Below are positions 18,431 to 27,559 of a DNA stretch of 64,000 bases, in pieces. The stretch lies in contig CAYNZC010000003.1 of assembly GCA_964401575.1 (NCBI GenBank), positions 200 to 64,199 on the forward strand. Direction: 5' to 3'. The position numbers and the translations under genes were made by a program. The notes below the pieces were generated by a model, which worked only from the letters and a program-made list of their open reading frames with translations, did no database searches and was not told the DNA's origin. The stretch's first letter is position 1. Every line of letters starts with the position of its first letter. Source of the stretch: an uncultured Verrucomicrobiota bacterium (GTDB lineage: Bacteria > Verrucomicrobiota > Verrucomicrobiia > Limisphaerales > UBA8199).

Positions 18431-18714
18431 TATTTGTGGCCCTTTCGTATTACGAAAGAGAATTGGTACAAGAAGTAAAAGCCGTGCCGTTTGTCCATCC
18501 TAAACTTTGACCCCGAACGGGCATAAACGTTCATTAGAAAGTCGAATGAACCGCCGAACACATCCGGTTAAATTATTCATGAAGCAAAAAAATGAAGATT
18601 TATTGTAAGATTCCTCATTCCCCTACGTATAGAGGGTATGGGGAGCTGTTAAGCGTGTGAATAGCGGGTTTGAGGGGACAATCATGCGCTCTGCAAGCAG
18701 GGGTTCGGGCCCGT

Positions 18715-19434
18715 TCACAAAGAACGCGGCCCGATTCCTGTTTTGAGGGAAGGCAGCTTTTTGCTGGCGTAAAACAGTGCCCAGCCCAGTGCAAAGACCC
18801 ACCAGGCCCGGGGGCTGCCCGAAAAACCCAGCCAGCCGGCAGCCAAAAAACTGACCGGCACGGCGTAATCCAGCATCCGTGCCAGCCGCCGGCCAGAATC
18901 TCCGGCCAGCGCATCGGCATTCACCTTCTGCCCCATCCGGGCCTGTAGCCAGCGCGCGGGCGCAAACCTCACGTAACGTGGCAGCTCATTTTGATGCCTC
19001 GAACGCAGCGAAAGAAAGATCACCTGGTGCTCGAAAGGGTTGAATGCCGCCGTAAAGTCCCATAGTGGCGGCACAAGGATTGTCACATTTCGTCCCACCC
19101 GGCACAATTCGTGAAACATGGCCTGCGGATCGGGCACATGCTCGATCGTGTGGCTGCACAGAACGTGCTCGAATGCCTTGTCCGGATGCGGGAGCCGGGT
19201 GACATCCCGCACAAGCTCGAAACGCGGCACATCCCCGTGCCGGACGATATCCGCATTAATGCCGCCACCGTCGGTAGTTCCGCAGCAAATGTTGTAATCC
19301 CACCGCCGTTCCTCGAGGGCGCGTTCCTTAATCCAGCGATAACTGGCGAAATGCGCAAACCATGCGCCGGCAATCACCATCGAGATGATTGCGGCTACGG
19401 ACAACGCGGTGGGGTTTGCCCAACTGAATTCCAC
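18715..19434 (-). CDS. Membrane-anchored class I methyltransferase-like (Methyltransf_11-type) protein
   Basis: The core NICCGTTDGGGINADI...LPHPDKAFEHVLCSHTIEHVPDPQAMFHELCRVGRNVTILVP resembles SAM-MTase motifs I and post-I through III. Hydrophobic segments flank it at both ends. GTG start. Confidence 0.6.
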   Translation of the reverse strand: MEFSWANPTALSVAAIISMVIAGAWFAHFASYRWIKERALEERRWDYNICCGTTDGGGINADIVRHGDVPRFELVRDVTRLPHPDKAFEHVLCSHTIEHVPDPQAMFHELCRVGRNVTILVPPLWDFTAAFNPFEHQVIFLSLRSRHQNELPRYVRFAPARWLQARMGQKVNADALAGDSGRRLARMLDYAVPVSFLAAGWLGFSGSPRAWWVFALGWALFYASKKLPSLKTGIGPRSL

Positions 19435-19479
19435 GCCCGCTTTTTACGGTACGGCAGGGGACTGCGCAAAACAAAACAG

Positions 19480-19616
19480 CCTGCGGATGCGGGCCACACC
19501 CCTGCCCCGTTTTTGTGAGAGGCGCGGAAAATGAATCGGACGACGTGGAAGTTGTCCCTACCAAGACAAAGCGACCTGCGGATGCGGGAGCGCGGACGTT
19601 TTTGCCGCGTGCCGTG
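19480..19616. repeat. Second locus of the structured repeat family (hairpin GGACGAC-N-GTTGTCC flanked by an exact 14-nt direct repeat cctgcggatgcggg)
   Basis: cctgcggatgcggg occurs at 19480-19493 and 19575-19588. The hairpin lies at 19538-19557. The unit gcggaaaatgaatcggacgacgtggaagttgtccctacc aligns with gtgggaataatgggacgatgtggaagtcgtccctgcc at 14001-14037. Confidence 0.6.
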
Positions 19617-19720
19617 CCAAAGAAGAGACACTGATGTCGTCCATTCAGGACAAAATGGGCGGAAACCATCTCGAATGACCTGTCCAGCCGGCGTGGCATG
19701 ATAGTTGCGTCGCGGAAGGC

Positions 19721-19930
19721 ATGAGAACGCTCCTGCGACACGCATTGACCGGCCAGTACTACCAGTCGGACGGAAAGTGGACCACCAATCCCCGGCGAGC
19801 CCACGATTTTGGCATGATCAACGAGGCGATGCGCTTCGCCCACAAGATCAAATCCCACAACATGGAAGTGAACCTGACCTTCGATCGAGCGCGGGATGCG
19901 GCGGCCGTGAGGCTGGTGGACTGTCTCTGA
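19721..19930 (+). CDS. Small hypothetical protein (69 aa)
   Basis: An ATG ORF in an otherwise non-coding gap with balanced composition (MRTLLRHALTGQYYQSDGKWTTNPRRAHDFGMINEAMRFAHKIK...). No recognisable motif. Confidence 0.3.
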   Translation: MRTLLRHALTGQYYQSDGKWTTNPRRAHDFGMINEAMRFAHKIKSHNMEVNLTFDRARDAAAVRLVDCL

Positions 19931-19962
19931 AAGCTCCGGGCAATTCATGGCCCACGCCGGGA

Positions 19963-21219
19963 TTAAAAACTCAGTCCAAACGTGACCATCACGGCGTGGC
20001 TCGTGAACTCGTAGGTGCCGTCAGCGCTCTGGCCTGAGAACCGCCCCGGAGTCGAAGAGGGTCGGCTCCCGGTAACGACCCGATCCGGGCCGTAACCGAA
20101 CTGGTAGGCGATGTCAAAAGCGACGTTTTTCCCCTTATACCCGGCGCCAGCGCTGAAAAAATGCCGGTCCATGTCCGCTGCCAGAGGAGTATAATAGTCA
20201 TCCGGCACAGAGTTTTCGTTGAAGGCATAGCCCGCGCTCAGATGCCAGCCGCTTTGGAAATACCGCGTAACGCCGGCCTTGTACATCCAACTCGCCTGCC
20301 ATTGCAGTGTGACCGGAATATCCCGGGCCACCGGGAAGGGCGGCTGCGTTCGTTGCGTGATCAGCACCTCGTCAAAGCAACTCCAGTCCGTGTAATCCGC
20401 GTTGAACTCGATGTTCCATGCAGGTGTTGGACGGAAGGAAATCCCCGCGATGGCGATGAGCGGGAATTCGAATTCCGCTTCTGCATCAATCTTTGTCCGT
20501 TGTATGATGGGTTGTTGCTCCATGTCTGTCTGGCCTTCCGCGGTCATTCGCGAGGCCGTTCTCAGCGATCCCCCGACCGACACCTTTTCATGAATTTTCC
20601 ATAACAGCCCAAGGTTCGAGCCCACGCTCCAGCCATCACCGGAGAATTTGAATTGGTTGTCAAAGGGCCGCTCGGTTCTCAAGAGACCCTGCTCCAGAGT
20701 AATGTCCCCGTAGTTGATGGTGGCCCCCGCCCCAATGGACAAACCGGGAGCAAGCTCGACCGCCAGAACCGGGTTGAGCGTCAGGTAAGTCACCCTGGCC
20801 TCGGTAGCGATCGTGCGGAACCCGGTGTCCTGAGGCCATGCCACCTCCGCCCCAAACGGCGCATAGACCCCCAGGCCAAAGCTGAGCGGCAGTTCGTGCG
20901 GAGAATAGGTCACAAATACCTGCGGGGCGGCTGCCAGCTTATTCTCGATCTCGAACGTATTCTGATTGGCGCCCGGCGGCGTATAGCGGGGGTTCATGTA
21001 GATGCTGTAGGCGCCGAACCGCGCGTTCAGACCATCGAGCTGCGAAATCCCAGCGGGATTATAGTAGATAGCGGAAGGGTTGTCGGCTGTGGCCACGAAA
21101 GCCTCCCCCCTCGCGGTGGCAAAGGCATCCTGACACGGTAATCGCATTCCATTGCCAGGCAGCGACAACGGGATGCCTGCAAGCAGCGCCTGGCAGTAGA
21201 TTTTTAGCCGCGAATTCAA
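19963..21219 (-). CDS. FadL/TodX/OMPP1-family outer-membrane hydrophobic-compound channel
   Basis: N-terminal family signature ARGEAFVATADNPSAIYYNPAGISQL. Alternating beta-strand pattern throughout. C-terminal ...VMVTFGLSF. Confidence 0.85.
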   Translation of the reverse strand: MNSRLKIYCQALLAGIPLSLPGNGMRLPCQDAFATARGEAFVATADNPSAIYYNPAGISQLDGLNARFGAYSIYMNPRYTPPGANQNTFEIENKLAAAPQVFVTYSPHELPLSFGLGVYAPFGAEVAWPQDTGFRTIATEARVTYLTLNPVLAVELAPGLSIGAGATINYGDITLEQGLLRTERPFDNQFKFSGDGWSVGSNLGLLWKIHEKVSVGGSLRTASRMTAEGQTDMEQQPIIQRTKIDAEAEFEFPLIAIAGISFRPTPAWNIEFNADYTDWSCFDEVLITQRTQPPFPVARDIPVTLQWQASWMYKAGVTRYFQSGWHLSAGYAFNENSVPDDYYTPLAADMDRHFFSAGAGYKGKNVAFDIAYQFGYGPDRVVTGSRPSSTPGRFSGQSADGTYEFTSHAVMVTFGLSF

Positions 21220-21275
21220 AATGTCCGGTGCCGGAAACGCCTTTACATTACGTTCACGCTGTGCAGATTGGCAAC

Positions 21276-22448
21276 ATGAAACATGAGACGCCGAATTGTT
21301 TCAAAGCACACCCGCTGCATTTGCCATCCACTGCCTGTTGTGAGGTCAGGGCCGGACAATTTCGCTTTTTGACAGGTATCGCCCTCTTTTGGCTTGCCGT
21401 GCTTCTTCTTTTCCCGGGCGCCGGACGGGCCAGCGGAGCCTATTCGTCTCTTTACGTTTTCAGCGACAGCGTATCCACCACCACCACAACCAGCAATACG
21501 CCCTCTTCCCTGTTTTACGGACGGCGTTATTGCAACGGGCGCGTCTGGGTTGAGGTTCTGGCCGAGCAGCAAGGCATTCCCTTCAGCGACGCAAAGAACC
21601 TGTCTTTTTTTGGCCATTACAGCCAGGTGTTGCTCTCTAAAATCAACAACTTCACGGCGCCGGACGCACAGACATCTCTTTTTGTGGTTTGGGTTTGTGA
21701 TGCGGATTTTGTGGATATGCTCGCCCAAGTCCCGATCCCTCCTTCAGGCTCTTACACGACGAATCAGCACTTGGCATCCTGGACCACTTTGATCAACCAA
21801 TCCCTCACGAATCATGCGCTGGCCATCCAGATGCTTTATGAAAAAGGAGCGCGGGCGCTGGTAATGCCTAACGCGGTGGATATTTCGAAAACACCCTACT
21901 ATCGGATGTCGCCTGCCAATAACCATTTCTTTTTTGACCGGATTAACACGTTTAATGCCGGCCTTGCCGCCGTGTTGCAGAATGCGCGGGCTTCTTTTCC
22001 GGACCTGACCATTCACAGCCCGGATTTCTTTACGTTGCTCGAAGCCATCAATAGCAACTCCGCTGCTTACGGACTGATCAAACCTGAGATTGACGCGCTC
22101 ACCGACCTGCTAAGCCCGACGTTAAGTGGTCCGGGAGCACAATATGTCTGGTGGGATTACCAGACGCCCACCGCCAAAGCGCAGGCGCACATGGCCAGCA
22201 TGGCCCAGCAGTTGGTTTCCCCGGTCCGGATTCAAAGCATCGCACCGGACGCCAACGGATTTTCCATCCAGGCTATCCATGTGCCGGTCGGCAGGACCGG
22301 CCTGGTGGAAGTCAGTTCCAGTATGATCGGGTGGTCTCCCGGCCCGGCCATTCCCGGCACAAACAATACCCAGACCGTCACAGTTCCGGTGTCCGGCCCT
22401 TCACAGTTTTACAGGCTGTCGTTCCCATTCTCATGGGTATGGCCTTAA
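21276..22448 (+). CDS. SGNH/GDSL-fold protein with degenerate catalytic blocks and a C-terminal beta-sandwich module
   Basis: Block I is VFSDSVS (Ser kept). The GRRYCNGRVWVEVLAEQQG region is typical of GDSL lipases. Block III reads WVCDADF where GxND is expected. Block V reads WWDYQTPT where DxxH is expected. The C-terminus is ..GPSQFYRLSF... GTG 21228 is an alternative start. Confidence 0.7.
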   Translation: MKHETPNCFKAHPLHLPSTACCEVRAGQFRFLTGIALFWLAVLLLFPGAGRASGAYSSLYVFSDSVSTTTTTSNTPSSLFYGRRYCNGRVWVEVLAEQQGIPFSDAKNLSFFGHYSQVLLSKINNFTAPDAQTSLFVVWVCDADFVDMLAQVPIPPSGSYTTNQHLASWTTLINQSLTNHALAIQMLYEKGARALVMPNAVDISKTPYYRMSPANNHFFFDRINTFNAGLAAVLQNARASFPDLTIHSPDFFTLLEAINSNSAAYGLIKPEIDALTDLLSPTLSGPGAQYVWWDYQTPTAKAQAHMASMAQQLVSPVRIQSIAPDANGFSIQAIHVPVGRTGLVEVSSSMIGWSPGPAIPGTNNTQTVTVPVSGPSQFYRLSFPFSWVWP

Positions 22449-22518
22449 GGCGAGCGCCCGGAAATCGCGTTACAGCCAAATCATGGCCGGGAGAGGATAA
22501 AAAGCTTTTGCACCACAC

Positions 22519-23268
22519 ATGAACCCCGGCAGCGCAGCGCCTTTCCTGGTATCCATTGTTGTCCCGGCTTACAACGAGGAGTTGCTGCTCGGCCCAACGC
22601 TGGAGTCCATAAAGCAGGCCGCAACGGTATTCCGGGATCGGGGTTGGGACTACGAACTGGTTGTTTGCGATAACAATTCCACAGATCGCACCCCCACAAT
22701 CGCGTCGGACGCCGGGGCCCGGGTGATTTTCGAGCCCGTGAACCAAATCGGAAAGGCGCGAAACAGGGGCGCGTCGGCCTCGGTCGGACAGTGGCTGATC
22801 TTTGTTGATGCGGATTCGCATCCTTCACGAGAACTTTTTGTTGATGTCGCCCGGGCCATTTCGTCAGGCGATTGCATTGCGGGCGGCGTGACACTGCGGA
22901 TGGAAACCCCGAGCCGACTTGGGCGTCTGGCAGTTGCGTTCTGGAACCGGGTCAGCCGCGCCTTTCGGTTGCTGGCCGGCTCCTTCATTTTCTGCGAAGC
23001 GCGAACATTTCGCGATCTTGGCGGATTCGACGAGTCTCTGTACGCCAGTGAGGAAATTGATCTTTCAAGCCGCCTCAAGCGAGCCGGACGAACACAGGAC
23101 AAGAGGCTGGTAATTCTCACGGCACATCCCCTGTTGACCTCGTCCCGCAAAGTGCATCTATACAGCCTGAGAGAACACCTGACAGTGGTGTTGAAGGCGC
23201 TGCTGACCGGGAAGCGCTCCCTCAGAGACCCGAAGCATTGCGCGACATGGTATGACGGCCGGCGCTGA
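22519..23268 (+). CDS. Family 2 glycosyltransferase
   Basis: VSIVVPAYNEE, VCDNNSTDRT, and DxD in FVDADS. Confidence 0.85.
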   Translation: MNPGSAAPFLVSIVVPAYNEELLLGPTLESIKQAATVFRDRGWDYELVVCDNNSTDRTPTIASDAGARVIFEPVNQIGKARNRGASASVGQWLIFVDADSHPSRELFVDVARAISSGDCIAGGVTLRMETPSRLGRLAVAFWNRVSRAFRLLAGSFIFCEARTFRDLGGFDESLYASEEIDLSSRLKRAGRTQDKRLVILTAHPLLTSSRKVHLYSLREHLTVVLKALLTGKRSLRDPKHCATWYDGRR

Positions 23269-24168
23269 TCAGACCTTTCCGAGCCATTTCACAGCTTCGG
23301 CGTTGGCGCGCACCTGGCCGGGATCTTTGCAGCCGGGAATCACAGCCGTTACCACCGGCTTGCGAAGGCACCAGGCCAGCGCCCACTGCGCCATCGGGAT
23401 GCCCTGTGGCACTTCCTCACGCTGAATTCGGCGCGCCTCGAGAATATCCTGCTCCATCTCTGCTTTGTCCTCCGCGCTGCGCACGTCGTTGGCCGGGAAA
23501 ATGGTGCCCGGGCCATACTTGCCGCTCAGCAACCCGCTGGCCAGCGGCACGCGTGAGAGCACCCCGTAATTGTGCTTCCCGGCGTGAGGGAAGTACATCT
23601 GCTCCGGGCGCAGATCGAGACGGTTGTAATAAACCTGCAAAGCTTCCACGCCGAACCGGTGGGCTTCTCGCGCCTGCAACTCACTGCCTTTGGAAGTAAT
23701 CGACACACCCAGATGCCGGATCTTTCCCGCTTTCTTTTGATCCGCGAGAAAGCTCCATAAATCCTCCTGGAGAAACTGCCGATCATCCCCGGAGTGGAAC
23801 TGGTATAAATCAATGACATCCATCTGCAACGCTTTCAGGGATTGATCCAGTTGCTGTTGCACATCCCGCACCGACCATAATTGTTCCCTCTTCAGAAAAC
23901 CGCGGAACTGGTGCCCGAATTTCGTGGCCACGATCCATTTTGATCTGTCGTGGCGCCGCAGGTAATCGCCGATCAGACGCTCCGACGTGTGATCCCCGTA
24001 GCATTCGGCCGTATCAATCAGGTTGATGCCGTTCTCCGACGCGGCATCCAGGATGGCATCGGCATCCGCCTGGGAGTAGTCCCTGCCCCACTCGCCCCCA
24101 AACTGCCATGTCCCCACGCCGATGACCGACACACGCAGCCCGGTAGTTCCCAGTGTTCGATATTGCAT
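23269..24168 (-). CDS. Aldo/keto reductase
   Basis: MQYRTLGTTGLRVSVIGVGTWQFGGEWG..., IDTAECYGDHTSE, and C-terminal ..VVTAVIPGCKDPGQV. ATG 24168 was chosen. The listed 131-aa N-terminal extension is R/G/A-rich and non-homologous. Confidence 0.9.
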   Translation of the reverse strand: MQYRTLGTTGLRVSVIGVGTWQFGGEWGRDYSQADADAILDAASENGINLIDTAECYGDHTSERLIGDYLRRHDRSKWIVATKFGHQFRGFLKREQLWSVRDVQQQLDQSLKALQMDVIDLYQFHSGDDRQFLQEDLWSFLADQKKAGKIRHLGVSITSKGSELQAREAHRFGVEALQVYYNRLDLRPEQMYFPHAGKHNYGVLSRVPLASGLLSGKYGPGTIFPANDVRSAEDKAEMEQDILEARRIQREEVPQGIPMAQWALAWCLRKPVVTAVIPGCKDPGQVRANAEAVKWLGKV

Positions 24169-24281
24169 ATGTGAATTCAGTGTTAACCGGTTCTCCGGAT
24201 TTTTCAACCTGAGGTTCGTTCTGGCGGGATGCCCGGGTGGATAGGTCTCCGGCCCGGAGCCGAAAGAGCCTGAAGGCGATC

Positions 24282-26093
24282 TCAGTAAAGAGGCTCCAAC
24301 GGCTTGGCTTTCTCCGCGCGCAGTTGCTGCTGCGCCCGAAGAAGCGCAAGGCGCTCCTCCTCGGGCGTATCTGGATGGCTGGCGCGCACTTTTGCGGCGT
24401 TCAACTGGCGTGCGATAGCCTGGTTCCGTAGTTTTAAGATAACGTCCTGAAGCTGCACCTCGGGATTCGGCAGCGTCCCGGGCATCGCGGCGGCCTCGGT
24501 CACAAGCCTGCGTTCGGAGTCGTCGTTTAACATGTCCAGGAACAGCGGCAGTCCCTGCCACGAGCCACTATCTTCAATCTCGATTCTTTTCCGGACGATT
24601 TCCCGCACGCCACGATGGTTTATCCATTCCGGCCGGATAAACCTGGCGTTTTTGCTGAAGACATCCTCTTCGAGAAAAAGCAGCCGGAGCAGCCAGCTTT
24701 CCGTGCTATCGGGAGGATCGGCTGCGGGAACGTCTGTTGAGGCCGGTTCGGCTGGCTGGACGTCCCGCTCCGGCTGGCGTCGTGGCGCGCGCGTGAAGGC
24801 CTTTCTGAACTCGATTTGCACCGAGTCGGGCGCGACGCCAAGCCTCATGGCCGTTTTCCGCGCATAGGTGTCGAGCAACACCTGGTTGTCGGCCTTGCGC
24901 AGGACCTCGCCCATTGCCTGCAACACAGCGAGCCTTCCGCGATCTGTGTTCACATTGTTTTGCGCGCAAAGCCTCCCGAGATAGAAATCATAGAAACCCT
25001 CTGCCCTGGCAAGCAACTCCTGGAAGGCTGTCCCTCCCCGCTCTTTGATAAAACTGTCCGGGTCGTGAGGCTCGGGCACAACCGCCACCCTCACCGCCAG
25101 TTCCGAGGCAAGGAGATGATCGAGCGAGCGAACTGCGGCGTTCTGACCGGCGGCGTCTGAATCAAAGCACAGCACCACCTCGCTGACGTAGCGCTTCAGG
25201 ATCCGGGCATGATCGGCCGTAAAGGCGGTGCCCTGCGGCGCGACGATGTTCTGCACTCCTGCCATAAAGCAGGCAATGAGGTCCAATTGTCCTTCGCAAA
25301 TGACCGCCCAGCCCGCATCGAGGCACGCCCGCTTGGATTTATCAAGCCCGAAGAACACCTTGCTCTTGGTAAATATCGCCGTTTCCGGCGAGTTCACGTA
25401 CTTCGCCGTTTTCTCATCTCCCGAGAGGATGCGCCCGCTGAAGCCGATCACCCGCCCCTGCTCGTCGCAGATGGGAAACATCAGCCGACCGCGAAACCGG
25501 TCGTAGTGCGAGCTGGCGCCATCCTTTCGAAGGATCAGCCCCGCCTTTTCGACAAGGTCCAGGGAGTAGCCCTTGCCGCGCGCCCAATTCACCGTGTCGT
25601 CCCACAAATCCGGCGCGTAGCCCAGGCGAAACAGCTTTACAGCCTCGGAGCTGACCCCGCGCCGCTCGAGGTAATCGCGTGCCACCTGGCCGGATGCCTC
25701 GTTCGCCAGGGCAATCTGCCAGCGCTGGGCAATTTGTTCGTGGATGTCCAAAAGCGAGTCCTTGAGATGACGCACTCCCGCTTCCGGGCCGCCGCTGTCG
25801 TATTCGAGCACGATGCGCGCGCGCTCCGCCAATCGAATGATCGCCTCGGAAAATGAAAGGCTCTCGTATTCCCTGACGAACGTGAACACGTCTCCCCCCT
25901 TGTTGCAGCCGAAGCAATGGAAAATCTGCCGGTGCGGGTTGACGTGGAAGCTGGGAGTCTTTTCGCGGTGAAACGGGCACAGCGCCGTGAAGCTGGCGCC
26001 GGCTTTCTTCAATGGAATATAACTGCCAATGACATCCACAATGTCACTGGCCGCCCGCACCTGCTCGATGCTGGTTGCCGAGATCAATCCCAT
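24282..26093 (-). CDS. dnaG: DNA primase
   Basis: CHC2 zinc finger CPFHREKTPSFHVNPHRQIFHCFGCNKGGDVFTFV. RNA-polymerase core. TOPRIM (VICEGQLDLI, CFDSDAAGQNA). Confidence 0.95.
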   Translation of the reverse strand: MGLISATSIEQVRAASDIVDVIGSYIPLKKAGASFTALCPFHREKTPSFHVNPHRQIFHCFGCNKGGDVFTFVREYESLSFSEAIIRLAERARIVLEYDSGGPEAGVRHLKDSLLDIHEQIAQRWQIALANEASGQVARDYLERRGVSSEAVKLFRLGYAPDLWDDTVNWARGKGYSLDLVEKAGLILRKDGASSHYDRFRGRLMFPICDEQGRVIGFSGRILSGDEKTAKYVNSPETAIFTKSKVFFGLDKSKRACLDAGWAVICEGQLDLIACFMAGVQNIVAPQGTAFTADHARILKRYVSEVVLCFDSDAAGQNAAVRSLDHLLASELAVRVAVVPEPHDPDSFIKERGGTAFQELLARAEGFYDFYLGRLCAQNNVNTDRGRLAVLQAMGEVLRKADNQVLLDTYARKTAMRLGVAPDSVQIEFRKAFTRAPRRQPERDVQPAEPASTDVPAADPPDSTESWLLRLLFLEEDVFSKNARFIRPEWINHRGVREIVRKRIEIEDSGSWQGLPLFLDMLNDDSERRLVTEAAAMPGTLPNPEVQLQDVILKLRNQAIARQLNAAKVRASHPDTPEEERLALLRAQQQLRAEKAKPLEPLY

Positions 26094-26169
26094 GTGCCCA
26101 GCAGCCTAGCAGCAGCGGAACGCATTTTCGAGAGAGAACGAAGACCCGGCCAGTTCGCCCGGATCCGGA

Positions 26170-26991
26170 TTAATCCAACCGGAACTCCGCCACGACCGGC
26201 CTGTGATCGGAAGCCTCGGTTGCGGGAACCCGGGCCCAGACCGGTTTCGGGCCATGCTCCCGCGAGACCCAAATGAAATCAATGCGACGATTTGGTTTTC
26301 GGGCAGGAATCGTGAAGCCGTCACCCTCACCGGCCACCGTCCAGGCATCGAGAAGCACCTCAGCAAGCCGCTGATAGGTCTGGCTTTCCGGAACGCAATT
26401 GAAATCTCCGCACAGCACTAGTGGAATGCCCTTTGACTCCGAAAGCATTTGCTTCATTTCCACCACATTGCTCAAGCGCTCGGTCTCGTCCGGCCTGTGA
26501 TCAATATGAGTGGTCATGAACATCATCTCTTTGCCGTGAATCTTGAGCTTGAGCTGCAGGATGCCCCGCTGCTCCCCTTCCCTGAGCATCTTGTAATGGA
26601 CGTTCGTCCAGTTCACCACGGGAAACCGGGTCAAGACGGCGTTCCCATACTCGCCGCCCTGGTGATGAAAGTTGTTGCTGAAGATGCACGTCATCCCGGT
26701 AAGCTTCGCCAATTCAGCGGGCAAATCCCGTTTTGATGTTCGTTCCACTCCCTTGTCAACCTCCTGCAAACCAACAATATCCGCACGCTCGTTCTGAATC
26801 AGGCTGGCAATCCGCGCGAGATCCACCTTCCCGTCGAGACCCTCCCCGTGATGAATGTTGTAACTCATCACCCGAAAGGACGCGGACTTCTCCGTCATCG
26901 CGGGTTCCGCACAGCCGCAGATGAGAAGAGAGAACACCAGCAGGCTCATCGCCGACAAAGCCCCGCCCATGTGTAGTAATCTGAGTTTCAT
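26170..26991 (-). CDS. Endonuclease/exonuclease/phosphatase (EEP) family protein, probable lipoprotein
   Basis: FRVMSYNIHHGEG, VGLQEV, LCGDFNCVP and SDHRPVVAEF. ATG 26991 gives MKLRLL...LLICGCA, a lipobox-like signal. Confidence 0.85.
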   Translation of the reverse strand: MKLRLLHMGGALSAMSLLVFSLLICGCAEPAMTEKSASFRVMSYNIHHGEGLDGKVDLARIASLIQNERADIVGLQEVDKGVERTSKRDLPAELAKLTGMTCIFSNNFHHQGGEYGNAVLTRFPVVNWTNVHYKMLREGEQRGILQLKLKIHGKEMMFMTTHIDHRPDETERLSNVVEMKQMLSESKGIPLVLCGDFNCVPESQTYQRLAEVLLDAWTVAGEGDGFTIPARKPNRRIDFIWVSREHGPKPVWARVPATEASDHRPVVAEFRLD

Positions 26992-27169
26992 GCTTTCCTT
27001 CCTGTTCGTTGATTTTGACCGGGGCAAAATGCTTTGCATGGATGGATGTTGTCAACATCTTGCTCGGGAATGGACCGTATGCAACGGGTGGCGCCGGACC
27101 CGGCCTCTGGAAATAGCGCCTCCACTCCAATCCCGTTCATGCCGCTCGCCCCCAAACCAACGGCCTGCC

Positions 27170-27559
27170 TCATAGCTGATCGGAAGAAGGGAAGGTGGGG
27201 ACCTCGACTTCCGGAGGATAGGAGCAATGGGAAGGGTGGGGCATATCCACCTGGTAGATGGCCTGCCCATTCGTGGCATAGGTGTAGCGGATCGCCAGCT
27301 TTTCGGCGTAGTTCTTTGCCCGTGCCACGCCTTCGGTCAAAGGAACATCCCAGGCTTCTGCCTCCACCACGGCGAGCTTGGTGTTGCGGTATTCAAGGAT
27401 ATAGTCCGCGCACAGCGGCTTGCCACGCCGGAACTTTCCCTGGATGCGCCCGGGCGAGATCACATATTCACGCCGGATGCGGCTGCCTTCGACAACGCCC
27501 CAGCCAGCCGCCCTGAGGGCGGGATCCATATGCTTCGCGCGTGTTTCGGCTTCGTTCAT
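27170..27559 (-). pseudogene. Type I restriction enzyme R-subunit (HsdR) N-terminal PD-(D/E)xK domain only; probable gene remnant or stand-alone domain protein
   Basis: MNEAETRAKHMDPALRAAGWGVVEGSRIRREY...GKPLCADYILEYRNTKLAVVEAEAWD...AKNYAEKLAIRYTYATNGQAIY is the characteristic HsdR N-terminus. It stops after 129 aa with no helicase motifs downstream. VEAE occupies the position where the nuclease ExK motif is expected. Confidence 0.55.

Noticed and set aside
19328-19948. 206-aa minus-strand ORF spanning the 19.4-19.9 kb intergenic region
   Set aside because: It runs through the structured repeat and overlaps both the methyltransferase 5' end and the small plus-strand ORF. It is a translation artefact of repeat DNA.
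24169-24561. 131-aa N-terminal extension of the aldo/keto reductase ORF
   Set aside because: The extension is an R/A/G-rich sequence that overlaps the dnaG 3' end region. The canonical AKR N-terminus (MQYRTLGTTGLRVS) starts at ATG 24168.
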